From contig JBFWQT010000001.1 of NCBI GenBank assembly GCA_050249295.1, positions 623 to 64,622 on the forward strand: a stretch of 64,000 bases of DNA. Direction: 5' to 3'. Shown here piece after piece: positions 38,701 to 48,516 of the stretch (positions are counted from its first letter, which is position 1; every line of letters begins with the position of its first letter). A model generated the notes under the pieces. The model did no database searches. It worked only from the letters and a program-made list of their open reading frames with translations, and was not told the origin of the DNA. Source of the stretch: Planctomycetota bacterium. GTDB taxonomy: Bacteria; Planctomycetota; UBA8742; SKZP01. Position numbers and translations under genes: made by a program.

Positions 38701-40245
38701 CGCAACCGCAGCGAGAGCGCGCCGCACCCGGCCGAGTTCCGCGGCAACCTGCGCGCCGACCACGCCGTGTTCCGCCGGCCGGTGCTCGCCAGTGGCGTGC
38801 AGTTCCACGGCAAGACGTCATTCCGCCGGGCCACGTTCGAGGAGTCGAGCACGTTTGCCGACGCCGCGTTCCGCACCGGGTTCGATCTGGCCGGGTCGTT
38901 CCACAGCAAGGAGCTCGACCTGCGCGGGACCACGATCGGCGGCCGGCTGAACCTCGACGGCGCGCACATCGGTGGCCGCGCATTGCTGCCCGGCGCGCAC
39001 TTCCGCGCTATCTCGCTCAGCGACGCCACGGTCGGCGTGCTGATGCTCGACCGCGAGCAGCTCTACCCCGACCGCCAGGACCTCGCTGAAAACCGCCTCG
39101 ACCCCGAGGTCCCGCCGTTCCGCCCGCGCGAGCGCGCGTTGCCGGTCAAGCTCTACAACTTCCGTCACGCCGTGGTCGGGCCCGACCCGGCCAAGCCCGG
39201 CGCGCGCGCGCAGAACCTCACGCCTGCCCGTCGCCGCGAAGTGCGCAAGGCGCGGCTGGCCGGCGGCATGGATGCCGAGTTGCGGCTCGAGGAGGGCGGG
39301 GCCCGGCTGGTCGCGTTCGAGCGCGCGCGCCAGGAGTTCCTGCTGATCGAGAAGTCGCTGCGCGAACTCGGCCGGCGCGAGCAGGCCGACTGGTCGTGGG
39401 TGCAGGCCAACCGGATGGGCCGCGCGGTGCGCGTGCTGGCCGGCCGCGGCGTGCGCCCGGTCGACGAGACGCTGCTCGGCGTGGAGCGCGAGATCGCCCG
39501 CCTCGACGAGATGCGCCGGCTGATCGAGAGCGACGACACCGGGCACGAACGCTTCCCGAAGGAGCTGCGCAAGCGGCGCGAGTCGATGATCGCCAGCGAG
39601 GCCTCGGCCTCGATGAGTGACGCGAGCAGCGATGCGAACACCAGCGGCGAGCTGGCCGAGAGCTGGGGCCGCCTGAAAGACACCGTGCTCAAGGCGATTG
39701 CCTCGCGTATCGGCCCGCTGCAGGAGCGCCGCCGCCGTACGCTCGACCGGCTGCGTCCGCTCGAGCGCGAGCGTTCGCGCAACCCGTGGCGCGCGCTGAC
39801 CGGCAGCATCGGCTGGCGCGCCCGCACCTTTGCCGACGCCGTGCAGGACGCCACCTCGGCGTACGGCACCAGTCCGTGGCGCGTGGCCGGCATTGCGCTG
39901 CTGGTGGTGGTGCTGTTCGCCGCGTTCTACACGCGCCAGTCGTACGTCGAGGAGGCGACGCTGCCGCACCAGCCGGCCATGCGTGCCGCCGAGCGGGCCA
40001 TCGTGTACGACGCCGAGCCCGGTCGACTGACCACCGTGGACGCGGTCGGCGAGGAGTCGGTGCCGGTCCGCTTCTCGCGCTACACACTGTTCTCGTTGCG
40101 CGCGATCAGCGGTCAGGCGCTGAGCGGCGATGGTCGCCCGCACGGCCACCATCCGGTGGTCATCGCCGTGCTGCTCGAGATGTTGCTCGGGCTATTGCTG
40201 CTGGTGATGTTCATCACGGCGAGCGTGCGGCGCGTGTTGCGATAG
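35716..40245 (+). CDS. Giant pentapeptide-repeat protein with N-terminal zinc ribbon, acidic low-complexity region and C-terminal 2-TM anchor
   Basis: ATG 35716: MADRLTVECPDCFRRW...CPRCGQW (CxxC..CxxC); about 300 aa of pentapeptide repeats (ADFHGDLDLGGSRFGEDLDLRGAVIGGHVDLSR...); C-term WRVAGIALLVVVLFAAFY and VVIAVLLEMLLGLLLLVMFI. Confidence 0.8.
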   Translation: MADRLTVECPDCFRRWMIDRESGGTEAACPRCGQWLALPNRSGKGERRTRRPGTTRHVNEAMAAKRSGTGKLPDKVAPAGRVPRREAPPRPNRAAVSDVELAPFQMPGVKTPESGTPATSEAPVPDAKPVLVSDVQLPAFRLPGERTVPREEDLPVSKAATPAAEPATVQTAVSIPPRVRRMLGEWKDGRLSVEELLAAADDPDVRALVQAEIDEFVEDVDRRTIALGTPPTRLRDAAELAVAETAVAAAGPATTDTNEEVVTSAASTPTTTDDDDDVFDTPEQNEPVGATDSEPASASSTGPIVSPTGRRTWVAAQLPDVEVRADDGVWDESVDSVDVSNVAALDADAAFADAQDALPADDGDIVDATPTTSPSASDIRTFAEVQQEESEAASAAAFAAAGDNVAESLPADVLDADVAEASDITGADLAAAADPTQPFESLTFSAGLEPEQENESSIWQTAGAGFDIELPADLDWNPLAGGGTPSSLAIRATSSIDVFEGMDDARFARDLVAQMAVEGTFDPFLGDFVGGPGFEGAAPDMFSGATAAASGDDVFGSGADVPVPSAIDIAPRRTERSDRAGSAGWSQPGPTETRQLTAPAAMMRRSSRRAKLRLATQPESLAGISLGVQADLEPPPELRFDVPMVTAPEVEPLPGSTIEIGGAPYTVMAADDAIQRLLRTGDLPEGTYVHQLDLGYYPDSWERPSVWYLRPYLHSRMVTREEDFHIPRQGPTSSDCLPVDWPQRPIRIHRCCFGTLNLSRAHFPAGFTMTESRVLTRVAAVRVRFDGWVDFARSVMPAICAFFQARATGSVTFRRCVFLGVAWFAELRFDGFTSFREADFHGDLDLGGSRFGEDLDLRGAVIGGHVDLSRISTDGGLDLTDAGLHGDLNLQLARIGGASRLDNLICAGEAQFNRSRFSGDASFAHVRISGPALFEHAHFGADARIRRCRFGSTADFYALEVDGAFDLTDTVFHADVVLATSRFHGMVRLNVDAVSRNRSESAPHPAEFRGNLRADHAVFRRPVLASGVQFHGKTSFRRATFEESSTFADAAFRTGFDLAGSFHSKELDLRGTTIGGRLNLDGAHIGGRALLPGAHFRAISLSDATVGVLMLDREQLYPDRQDLAENRLDPEVPPFRPRERALPVKLYNFRHAVVGPDPAKPGARAQNLTPARRREVRKARLAGGMDAELRLEEGGARLVAFERARQEFLLIEKSLRELGRREQADWSWVQANRMGRAVRVLAGRGVRPVDETLLGVEREIARLDEMRRLIESDDTGHERFPKELRKRRESMIASEASASMSDASSDANTSGELAESWGRLKDTVLKAIASRIGPLQERRRRTLDRLRPLERERSRNPWRALTGSIGWRARTFADAVQDATSAYGTSPWRVAGIALLVVVLFAAFYTRQSYVEEATLPHQPAMRAAERAIVYDAEPGRLTTVDAVGEESVPVRFSRYTLFSLRAISGQALSGDGRPHGHHPVVIAVLLEMLLGLLLLVMFITASVRRVLR

Positions 40246-40371
40246 ACCGCGGGGATTCGCCCCTCCGGGCCCACTGGCTGCCCATGGCTGCCGGGTGGTA
40301 GCGTCTCGCCCGGCGGATTGATCGCTCACGTCCGACAGGCGCCACATTCCAGCGTGGCGCGCGGAGGCCAG

Positions 40372-41604
40372 ATGGTGCGTTGTCTTGCGCTCATGCTCGC
40401 GGTGCTTTGCGTTGCCCTGTGGTTGCCCCTCGCTCCGGCCCACCACGCCGCGGCGCAGGATCCCGACGAGCCGGAGGCAGGGCCTGCCGATCCCGGCGAC
40501 GACGAGCCGGAGACGCCCGCCGCACCCGCGCACGCCGTGATCATCCACATCGACGGCGGCCGCGTGATGGCCGGTTTCGCTGGCGACAAGGCGCCGAAGG
40601 TGGAGTTCCCCGCGGTGGTCGGCCGTCCGCGCGAAGGCGGGGAGCCGCAGTTCGGTGACGCCGCGTTGTCCGACGATCTGCAGCAGAGCTGGCCGGTCGA
40701 ACTCGGGCGGATCGTCAACGTCGCTGACTATTCACTCCTGATCGGGCACGCGCTGGACGGGCTGCACGCCACCGGTGCCGGGCAAGCGCTTTTGTTGACC
40801 GTCGCGTCGCACACGCCGTTCGATCAGCTCGAACAGGTCGCGAAGTCGATGTTCGAGACGCACCAGGTGGGTTCGCTGTTCTTCACGCGCGACGCGGTCA
40901 CGGCGCTCTACGCGTCGGGTCGCACCACGGGTCTTGTCGTGGTCGGTTCGTACGACCACACCGGCGCGACCGCCATCTACGACGGCCACACCATCCAGAC
41001 CGACATGCTCGAGGTCGGCGAGCGGCAACAGGTCGAGTACCTGGCATTCCTCCTCAAGAAGCGCGGCATCCCGCTCGACAGCAATCTGCGCCTGAGCCGC
41101 AACCCCGCGACCGACATCTACCGCAAGCTGGCGTTCGTCGCGGACGACTTCGACGCAGCCGAGGCGATGGCGGCCGAAGGTAGCCACTTCGATCAGACCT
41201 GCGCGCTGCCCGGCGGCCAGCAGATCACCGTGGGCGCCGAGCGCTACCATTGCGCCGAGACGCTGTTCCGGCCGACCATGCTCGGCCGGGTCCTCGAGGG
41301 CATCCACTTCCTGGCATACGGCCGGGCCATGCGTTGCGATGCGGACCTGCGGCCCACGCTGTACGCGAACGTGGTGCTGGCCGGCAACGTGGTCACCGGT
41401 ACCGCCGAACGACTGACCCGCGAACTGACCGTGCTGGTGCCGCAGGCGATGCCCGTCAAGGTCGCCGTTCTGCCGCATGCACAGTACGGCGTGTTCGAGG
41501 GTGCGTCGCTGCTCGCGGGGATCGACACGTACCGGCAGATGTGGATCAGCCGGGCCGACTACGACGCGTCGGGCCCGGCGATCGTGAAGCAGAAGTGCCA
41601 GTAG
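40372..41604 (+). CDS. Eukaryote-type actin homolog with N-terminal Sec-like signal peptide
   Basis: GGAGG 6 nt upstream of ATG 40372; [30 protein letters not shown] then actin fold: [29 protein letters not shown] (cf. [31 protein letters not shown]), LYASGRTTG identical to actin, [46 protein letters not shown]. Confidence 0.85.
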   Translation: [410 protein letters not shown]

Positions 41605-41812
41605 CGGCGGAGCAGACTGCGCCGGGAGATCAGGCCGCACTGCGGCCCGGGCTGCGGGCTGCCACGATCGCGGCCAACACTCAAGCGACGCGCGATTCGG
41701 ACCGACACACTGAAGTGGCGCGGAGGGTCCATCCCGATCCTCCGCTGCACGCTCACCGATATCGCAGCCGCCGACGCGACGCCCGACGCAGACGACAGAG
41801 GAGCATCCCGAC

Positions 41813-44179
41813 ATGCCATTCGCGAACGACAGTGCGCATCGCAATCGCACCCGCCACGCGACCGCGTCCGCCGGCACGTCCAGTGACGATGCCGACGCGC
41901 TGATCCCGACGTGGGTGTGGGACCGCGCGCGCTCCGTCTGGCAGGCCATCGCCCGCGATGTGGCCGGGCTCGGGCTGCTTGCCGCGGCCGTTGTCACCGG
42001 GCTCTCGCTTGTCACTTTCCACCCGGCCGACGTCAGCGCACTGGTCGTCATCGGCGACGCCGCTACGAGCACGCAGAACCTGCTTGGCAGCGTCGGCGCC
42101 TGGCTCGGCTCACAACTGTTGTACTGGTTCGGTCTCGGCGCGTTCGTGCTGCCAGCCCTGCTGATGGCTGCCGGCGCGGTGTGCCTGCTGGTTCCGCCGA
42201 CGCTCGACGCGGTGCGCGTGCGCCGGCCGGGCGTGCGGGCGGCCGCCTGCCTCGGCCTGGTGCTCGCGTTCGCCGCCGTGCTCGGCGACGCCAATCCGCC
42301 GGTGCCCGGTGCACCCGTCGCCGGCGGCACGCTCGGCATGGCGCTGCTGCATCTTGGCGGCATCTTCGGTGGAGTCGGTGTCGCGCGCGTGGTGTTCAGC
42401 CTGCTGCTGGTCGGGTGCCTGTATGTCGCGGCCGGCGATCTGCCGGCACGTCTGGCGTTGCTCGCACCGGCGCGCGACGACGAGGACGCGGACGGAGACG
42501 GCGACGCGACAGCCTTTGATGACGCCGACGAAACCCTGGAGTGCGACGTGCCGGCCGACGACAACGCGCCGCTGTTCGCGCCCGCGCCCGCGCCGCCCGC
42601 CGTCGAGAAGCCGTCGATCCTGCGGCAGATGACGCGCATGCTGCTGCGCAAGCCGACGGACACCGTGCCCCCGCAGATGCTGGTCACCGAGGCTGACCTG
42701 CTCGCACCTGCACCGCCGCTGCGCAAGCCCACCGGCAAGACGCCCGCTGCGAAGTCGACGCCCGCGCCAACCCCGGCGCCAGCCGCTGCACCGGCCGATA
42801 TGCGCTACATGATTCCACCTCCCGAGTTGCTCACTGCCGCGCCGGCGATCGACGCCAACCTGCTCGATTCGCAGGCGCACGAGACCGCGCGCCGACTGCA
42901 GGACGCGCTGCAGCAGTTCAAGCTCGAGGCGCGCGTCATCGGCATCGACCGCGGCCCGACCGTCACGCTCTACGAACTCGAGCTGCCGCCCGGCACGAAG
43001 GTGCGCAAGCTGTCGTCGCTCGAACACGACCTCGGCATGGCACTGCGCGTCGAGTCGGTGCGCGTGGTCGCGCCGATCCCCGGCCGCGGCGGCATCGGCG
43101 TGGAGATCCCCAACCAGGACAGCGAGCCGGTGATGCTGCGCGAGTTGCTTCACAACGGCGAGGCGCAGCGCATGGCGCGCGAGCAGGTGCTGCCGTTCGT
43201 GATCGGCCGCGACAGCGTGGGCCGCCCGGTGATGGCCGACCTCGCCGACATGCCGCACCTGCTGATCGCCGGCACCACTGGCTCGGGCAAGAGCTGCGCC
43301 GCGAATGCGCTGGTGCTCAGCCTGATCTTCACGCGCCACCACGAGGACGTGCGCCTCGTGATCATCGACCCGAAGATGGTCGAGTTCGCGGCGTACCGCG
43401 ACATCCCGCATCTGCTGCTGCCGATCGTCACCGACAATCGCGAAGCGGCCGGTGTGCTCAACTACCTGGTCGAGGAGATGGAGCGCCGCTACCGGATCCT
43501 CGAGCGCACGCTGTGCAAGCACATCAAGGAGTTCAACGACCTCTCACCGGCCGAGCGCGCCAACCGCGGCACCGGCAAGGTGAACGCCACCGCCACGCCG
43601 GAGGAGCCACTGCCCGAACGCTTGCCGTACATCGTGGCGATGGTCGACGAACTGGCCGACCTGATGATGGTGGCGGGCAAGGAGGTCGAGGGGCACATCT
43701 GTCGCCTCGCGCAGAAGAGCCGCGCCGTCGGCATTCACCTCGTGCTGGCGACGCAGCGGCCGAGCGTGGACGTGATCACCGGGCTGATCAAGGCCAACAT
43801 CCCGTCGCGCATCTCGTTCCGCGTGCTCAGCGGCATCGACTCGAAGACGATTCTGGACCGGCCCGGCGCCGAGCGCCTGCTGGGACGCGGCGACGCGCTG
43901 TTCCTCCCGGCGGGCCGACTCGACCTGGTGCGCTGCCAGGGCGCGTTCGTCACCAATTCCGACATCCTGCGTGTCACGCGCTTCGTGAAGGCGCAGGCCC
44001 GCGCGAACTATATCCAGCTGCCGGTGGAGCGTACGGACGACGACATGGATGATGATGACGACGACGATCAGGTGACCCGGCCGCGCCGTCGTCGCAAGCG
44101 CGGCGGCCGCAATGCGGGTCGCGTGTCGTTGCGTTCGGGCCGTGGTCAGGTGGTGGATGACTTCATCGACGCCGCGTAG
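41813..44179 (+). CDS. ftsK: DNA translocase FtsK/SpoIIIE
   Basis: GAGGAG upstream; N-terminal TM helices, Pro/Ala linker, motor domain IAGTTGSGKS, VIIDPKMVEF, gamma-like C-term; acidic DDDMDDDDDDD tail. Confidence 0.9.
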   Translation: MPFANDSAHRNRTRHATASAGTSSDDADALIPTWVWDRARSVWQAIARDVAGLGLLAAAVVTGLSLVTFHPADVSALVVIGDAATSTQNLLGSVGAWLGSQLLYWFGLGAFVLPALLMAAGAVCLLVPPTLDAVRVRRPGVRAAACLGLVLAFAAVLGDANPPVPGAPVAGGTLGMALLHLGGIFGGVGVARVVFSLLLVGCLYVAAGDLPARLALLAPARDDEDADGDGDATAFDDADETLECDVPADDNAPLFAPAPAPPAVEKPSILRQMTRMLLRKPTDTVPPQMLVTEADLLAPAPPLRKPTGKTPAAKSTPAPTPAPAAAPADMRYMIPPPELLTAAPAIDANLLDSQAHETARRLQDALQQFKLEARVIGIDRGPTVTLYELELPPGTKVRKLSSLEHDLGMALRVESVRVVAPIPGRGGIGVEIPNQDSEPVMLRELLHNGEAQRMAREQVLPFVIGRDSVGRPVMADLADMPHLLIAGTTGSGKSCAANALVLSLIFTRHHEDVRLVIIDPKMVEFAAYRDIPHLLLPIVTDNREAAGVLNYLVEEMERRYRILERTLCKHIKEFNDLSPAERANRGTGKVNATATPEEPLPERLPYIVAMVDELADLMMVAGKEVEGHICRLAQKSRAVGIHLVLATQRPSVDVITGLIKANIPSRISFRVLSGIDSKTILDRPGAERLLGRGDALFLPAGRLDLVRCQGAFVTNSDILRVTRFVKAQARANYIQLPVERTDDDMDDDDDDDQVTRPRRRRKRGGRNAGRVSLRSGRGQVVDDFIDAA

Positions 44180-44238
44180 CCGGATTGCGGGGATGCAATG
44201 CCGACCCGCGGCACGTGATCGCATCGCGAGCCTTCGAC

Positions 44239-44266
44239 GATTTCCCCGCTCCCTGTCGGTCGCGGC
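44239..44266 (-). repeat. REP-like family A copy (minus orientation)
   Basis: ccccgctccctgtcggtcgcggctctt in convergent gap between ftsK and recO. Confidence 0.7.
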
Positions 44267-44268
44267 TC

Positions 44269-45075
44269 TTACCGCACATCGACCGGTTCCGGCCGCAGCG
44301 CCGCGCCGAGCGGCAGGTAGCGGAAACTGATTGGCGAGCGATCGAGCACCTCGACCACCATCCCCTGCAGCAATGCGGCCAGCGGCTGCAGGATCACATC
44401 CGGCAGACTCACCTGCGTCAGCGGTTTGCGTACACCGCCGAGCAGCCGGCGCAGCACCTCCACGGCCACTCCCGGCATCACTACACGACCGCCCGGCATC
44501 AACGGCGGCGCATGCGGCGCACCGTAGCCACGACCGCCGCGCACGCTGAACACCACCTCGTCGAACTCGCCGAGCCGGCGACCGCTGACCGCGCAGCCCG
44601 ACGTGTCCGGCGCACGGCCGATCGCCGCGAGGTAGCGCGCGAGAAAATCGACGATCACGAGCCGCCAGTCGGCCTCGCTGCACAGCTCCACCAGCCCGCG
44701 CGCCGCCGCATAGTAGAGCGGCTGCTCCGGGTGGTCGGGCTGCGAGGCCGCCAGCGTCAGCTCCTGGATCGCCACGGCCGCGTGCCAGTGCGCCAGGTCG
44801 CGACGCACCTCGGCAAAGCTGTGGATCACCTCGCACTCGCTGACGAGGTGCAGCGCATCGCCACGCTTCGGGTACCAGCAGATGCGGTTGAGCGTCAGCG
44901 TGTCGAACGGGCTGTCGATGCGGCGACTGCGATGCGGCGTGAGCCAGACCGCGCGCGAGCCCCGCGCCAGGCAACTCAGCCGGCCGTGCTCCGGCGTGAG
45001 GAACGCCACCACCTGGCTGGTATCGGAGAACTCCGTGCGTCGCAGCACCAGTGCATCCGACTTGAGGATCGCCAT
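44269..45075 (-). CDS. recO: DNA repair protein RecO
   Basis: ATG at 45075: MAILKSDALVLRRTEFSDTSQVVAFLTPEHGRLSCLARGSRA... typical RecO N-terminal OB-fold; Arg-rich upstream extension in ORF track rejected. Confidence 0.85.
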   Translation of the reverse strand: MAILKSDALVLRRTEFSDTSQVVAFLTPEHGRLSCLARGSRAVWLTPHRSRRIDSPFDTLTLNRICWYPKRGDALHLVSECEVIHSFAEVRRDLAHWHAAVAIQELTLAASQPDHPEQPLYYAAARGLVELCSEADWRLVIVDFLARYLAAIGRAPDTSGCAVSGRRLGEFDEVVFSVRGGRGYGAPHAPPLMPGGRVVMPGVAVEVLRRLLGGVRKPLTQVSLPDVILQPLAALLQGMVVEVLDRSPISFRYLPLGAALRPEPVDVR

Positions 45076-45165
45076 CGCCTGCGCCCGGTTGCGGTCGCGC
45101 TGCCCCACTCTACCTCCTGGCGCGCGGATCAACACGCGGCCGCGCGCATGAGGTAGTCTGGTGCC

Positions 45166-46215
<1,050 letters not shown>

Positions 46216-46390
46216 CGCGCGCGATGCTATGCTGCGCGCGCCTCGCCACTCGCGGGGCGGCGATGGTCCGGCGCCACCAAACTCTTGCCGACCACTCGCC
46301 AGGCACGCGGCCATTTCGCCGCCCGCCCGGCCCGCACCAGCGGGGCCGGCGGTTTGCCAGCCACACCGTCATCCATCCCACACCGATCGC

Positions 46391-48034
46391 ATGCCGCGTT
46401 CGTTCGTTGCCGGTCTGCTCAATCGTCTCGAAACCTCCCAGCACATGCTCGATGAGGTGCTCGCCGTCGAGTTCAGCAAGCGCAAGGAGATGCACGGCGC
46501 GCGGCGCCATCGTGCCAAGCTGCTGGCACACGAGGTGATTCGCCGGCGCGCGACGCTCGATCAGATCCTCAAGGTGTATTCGTCGCGGCCGCCAGAGAAC
46601 ATGGAACACCATGTGCGCACCGTGCTGCGCCTGGCGCTGGCCGAGTGGTTCTTTGTGGAGCCGATTCCGCGCCGGCCCGAGGAGATTGAAGCGGCCAGGG
46701 CCCGGCAGCGCGAACGGCCGGAAGAAGACGACGATCGTCGGCGCCGCAGCTCGTCGGATGACGACGTGGAGCGCGACGAGCGTGATGACGATGACCGCCC
46801 GCGGAATCGCGACCGTGACCGTGAGCGGGAGCGAGACGATCGCGACCGGGACGATCGCGACGAGCGTCGTGGTCGCGGCCGTCGGCGCCGGCGTCGTGGC
46901 CACCATACGCCGGAGTGGAGCGACGACGATCCGAGCCACCAGGACGAGAACATGCCGGTCGCGCGCGGCCCGATCGCGGCGGCGGCGGTGAACCTCGTCG
47001 GCACCGGCCGGCCGTCGCGCGGGTTCGTCAACGGTGTGTTGCGCGCGGTCGATCGCGAGACCACCTACGATGCCGAGGGGATCATCGCGCCCGGCGAGTA
47101 CCCGCGCGACCGCATGCCCGCGGGCTACGGCGGCGTGTACACCTTCCGCCGACAGCTCTTCGCCGACCCGACAAAAAAGACCACGCAGTGGCTCGCGCAG
47201 TTCTGCTCGTTCAACAAGTGGCTGGCCGAGCGCTTCGTGGCGCGCTACGGACTCGACGAGGCCGTGGCGATCGGCGAGGCCAGCAACGGCCAGCCGGCGC
47301 TTTCGGCGCGCATCAACACGCGGCGCATCCAGCCCGACGAGCTCGTCGCACAGCTGGAAGCGGCCGGCATTCCGGTCACGCGCACCGGGTTCCCCGAGGT
47401 GATCCGCCTCGACAAGCGCGTGCCGCTGGTTGGCACCGAGTGGTTCGAGAACGGCCTGCTCTACCTCCAGGATTTCACCGCCACGCGCGTTGCGCACCTG
47501 GCCGGGCTGGAGCCGGGCATGCGCGTGCTGGATGCGTGCGCCGCGCCCGGCGGCAAGATCACGCACGCGTGCGAGCTGCTCGGCGGCAAGGGCACATTCG
47601 TCGCGTGCGACTCGTCCGACCGCCGGCTCGCGCTGCTCGAAGACAACCTGGAGCGGCTCGGCCACGACGAGGTCGACGTGCTGTGCTCCGATCTGCGCAC
47701 CTACGCGGCCGGCTCGCCGGAGAAGTTCGACGTGATCTTTGTCGACGCACCGTGCAGCAACACGGGTGTGCTCTCGCGTCGTGCCGAGGCGCGGTGGCGC
47801 GCGTGCGACAAGCTGCAGCAGAGCCTGATCACGCTGCAGGTCGAGTTGCTGCGCGCCGCGAAGTCGATGCTCACCGACACGGGCCGGATCATCTACTCGA
47901 CGTGCACGCTCGAGCCGGAGGAGAACCGCGGCGTGGTGGTGCAGACCGACCTGAACCTGGTGCAGGACTGGCTGTGGCTGCCCGAGAACGGCCTGCATGA
48001 CGGCGGGTATCACGCCGTACTGACCGCAAAGTGA
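46391..48034 (+). CDS. rsmB: 16S rRNA (cytosine-C5)-methyltransferase RsmB/Sun family with NusB-like N-domain and RD/ER-rich insertion
   Basis: ATG 46391; NusB-like N-term; SAM-MTase motifs VLDACAAPGGKITH, DVIFVDAPCSNTGVLSRR, IIYSTCTLEPEEN; about 80-aa RDRDRERERDD...RRRRRRG insert. Confidence 0.85.
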   Translation: MPRSFVAGLLNRLETSQHMLDEVLAVEFSKRKEMHGARRHRAKLLAHEVIRRRATLDQILKVYSSRPPENMEHHVRTVLRLALAEWFFVEPIPRRPEEIEAARARQRERPEEDDDRRRRSSSDDDVERDERDDDDRPRNRDRDRERERDDRDRDDRDERRGRGRRRRRRGHHTPEWSDDDPSHQDENMPVARGPIAAAAVNLVGTGRPSRGFVNGVLRAVDRETTYDAEGIIAPGEYPRDRMPAGYGGVYTFRRQLFADPTKKTTQWLAQFCSFNKWLAERFVARYGLDEAVAIGEASNGQPALSARINTRRIQPDELVAQLEAAGIPVTRTGFPEVIRLDKRVPLVGTEWFENGLLYLQDFTATRVAHLAGLEPGMRVLDACAAPGGKITHACELLGGKGTFVACDSSDRRLALLEDNLERLGHDEVDVLCSDLRTYAAGSPEKFDVIFVDAPCSNTGVLSRRAEARWRACDKLQQSLITLQVELLRAAKSMLTDTGRIIYSTCTLEPEENRGVVVQTDLNLVQDWLWLPENGLHDGGYHAVLTAK

Positions 48035-48045
48035 ACGCCTGACCC

Positions 48046-48312
48046 ATGAACGAACCGACACCGCCGAGACGCGACTCCGATGCACGCACGCCGTTGCGCG
48101 GGCTGAATCGCATGCTCGACTACGCCCAGGTCGGGTACTACTTCATCGGTGCGTTCCTGGGTTCGGCCGGGCTCGGATGGCTGATTGATCGCTGGCTCGG
48201 CACGTTGCCGTGGGGCGTGATCGTCGGCTGCCTTGTTGGTCTTGCGTCGGGCGGGTGGATGACGCTGCGCGAACTCGAACGCATGTCGCGGCGGCGCGAC
48301 GGCGACCAGTAG
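48046..48312 (+). CDS. Small 2-TM membrane protein, AtpZ/AtpI-like
   Basis: 88 aa, GLNRMLDYAQVGYYFIGAFLGSAGLGWLIDRWLGTLPWGVIVGCLVGLASGG pattern typical of AtpZ/AtpR-type proteins; 12 bp after rsmB stop. Confidence 0.5.
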   Translation: MNEPTPPRRDSDARTPLRGLNRMLDYAQVGYYFIGAFLGSAGLGWLIDRWLGTLPWGVIVGCLVGLASGGWMTLRELERMSRRRDGDQ

Positions 48313-48443
48313 TGTCGTTGCCGGTGCCGGTGCCGCTGGCCGTTACCGTGGAGTACAGTGGAGTAGCCGTGGAGCCTGGAGCCTGCCACAACACGGAACC
48401 GACCCGGCCGCAAACACGACCGGGTCGGTGGTTCTTCCGGATG

Positions 48444-48516
48444 ACCCCACGGGGACTCGAACCCCGGTTCGCGGACTGAGAATCCGCTGTCCTGGGCCGC
48501 TAGACGATGGGGCCCG
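48444..48516 (-). tRNA. tRNA-Glu (anticodon CUC)
   Basis: Reverse complement GGCCCCATCGTCTAGCGGCCCAGGACAGCGGATTCTCAGTCCGCGAACCGGGGTTCGAGTCCCCGTGGGGTCA folds as cloverleaf: 7-bp acceptor stem, anticodon loop TTCTCAG, T-arm CGGGG-TTCGAGT-CCCCG; CCA not encoded. Confidence 0.8.

Noticed and set aside
35536-38808. 1090-aa and 692-aa minus-strand ORFs
   Set aside because: Antisense to pentapeptide-repeat gene; Ser/Ala/Arg low complexity
40732-42738. 668-aa minus-strand ORF
   Set aside because: Antisense to actin and ftsK genes; Ser/Ala/Arg-rich
43544-44974. 476-aa minus-strand ORF and 42110..43522 minus ORF
   Set aside because: Antisense to ftsK motor domain
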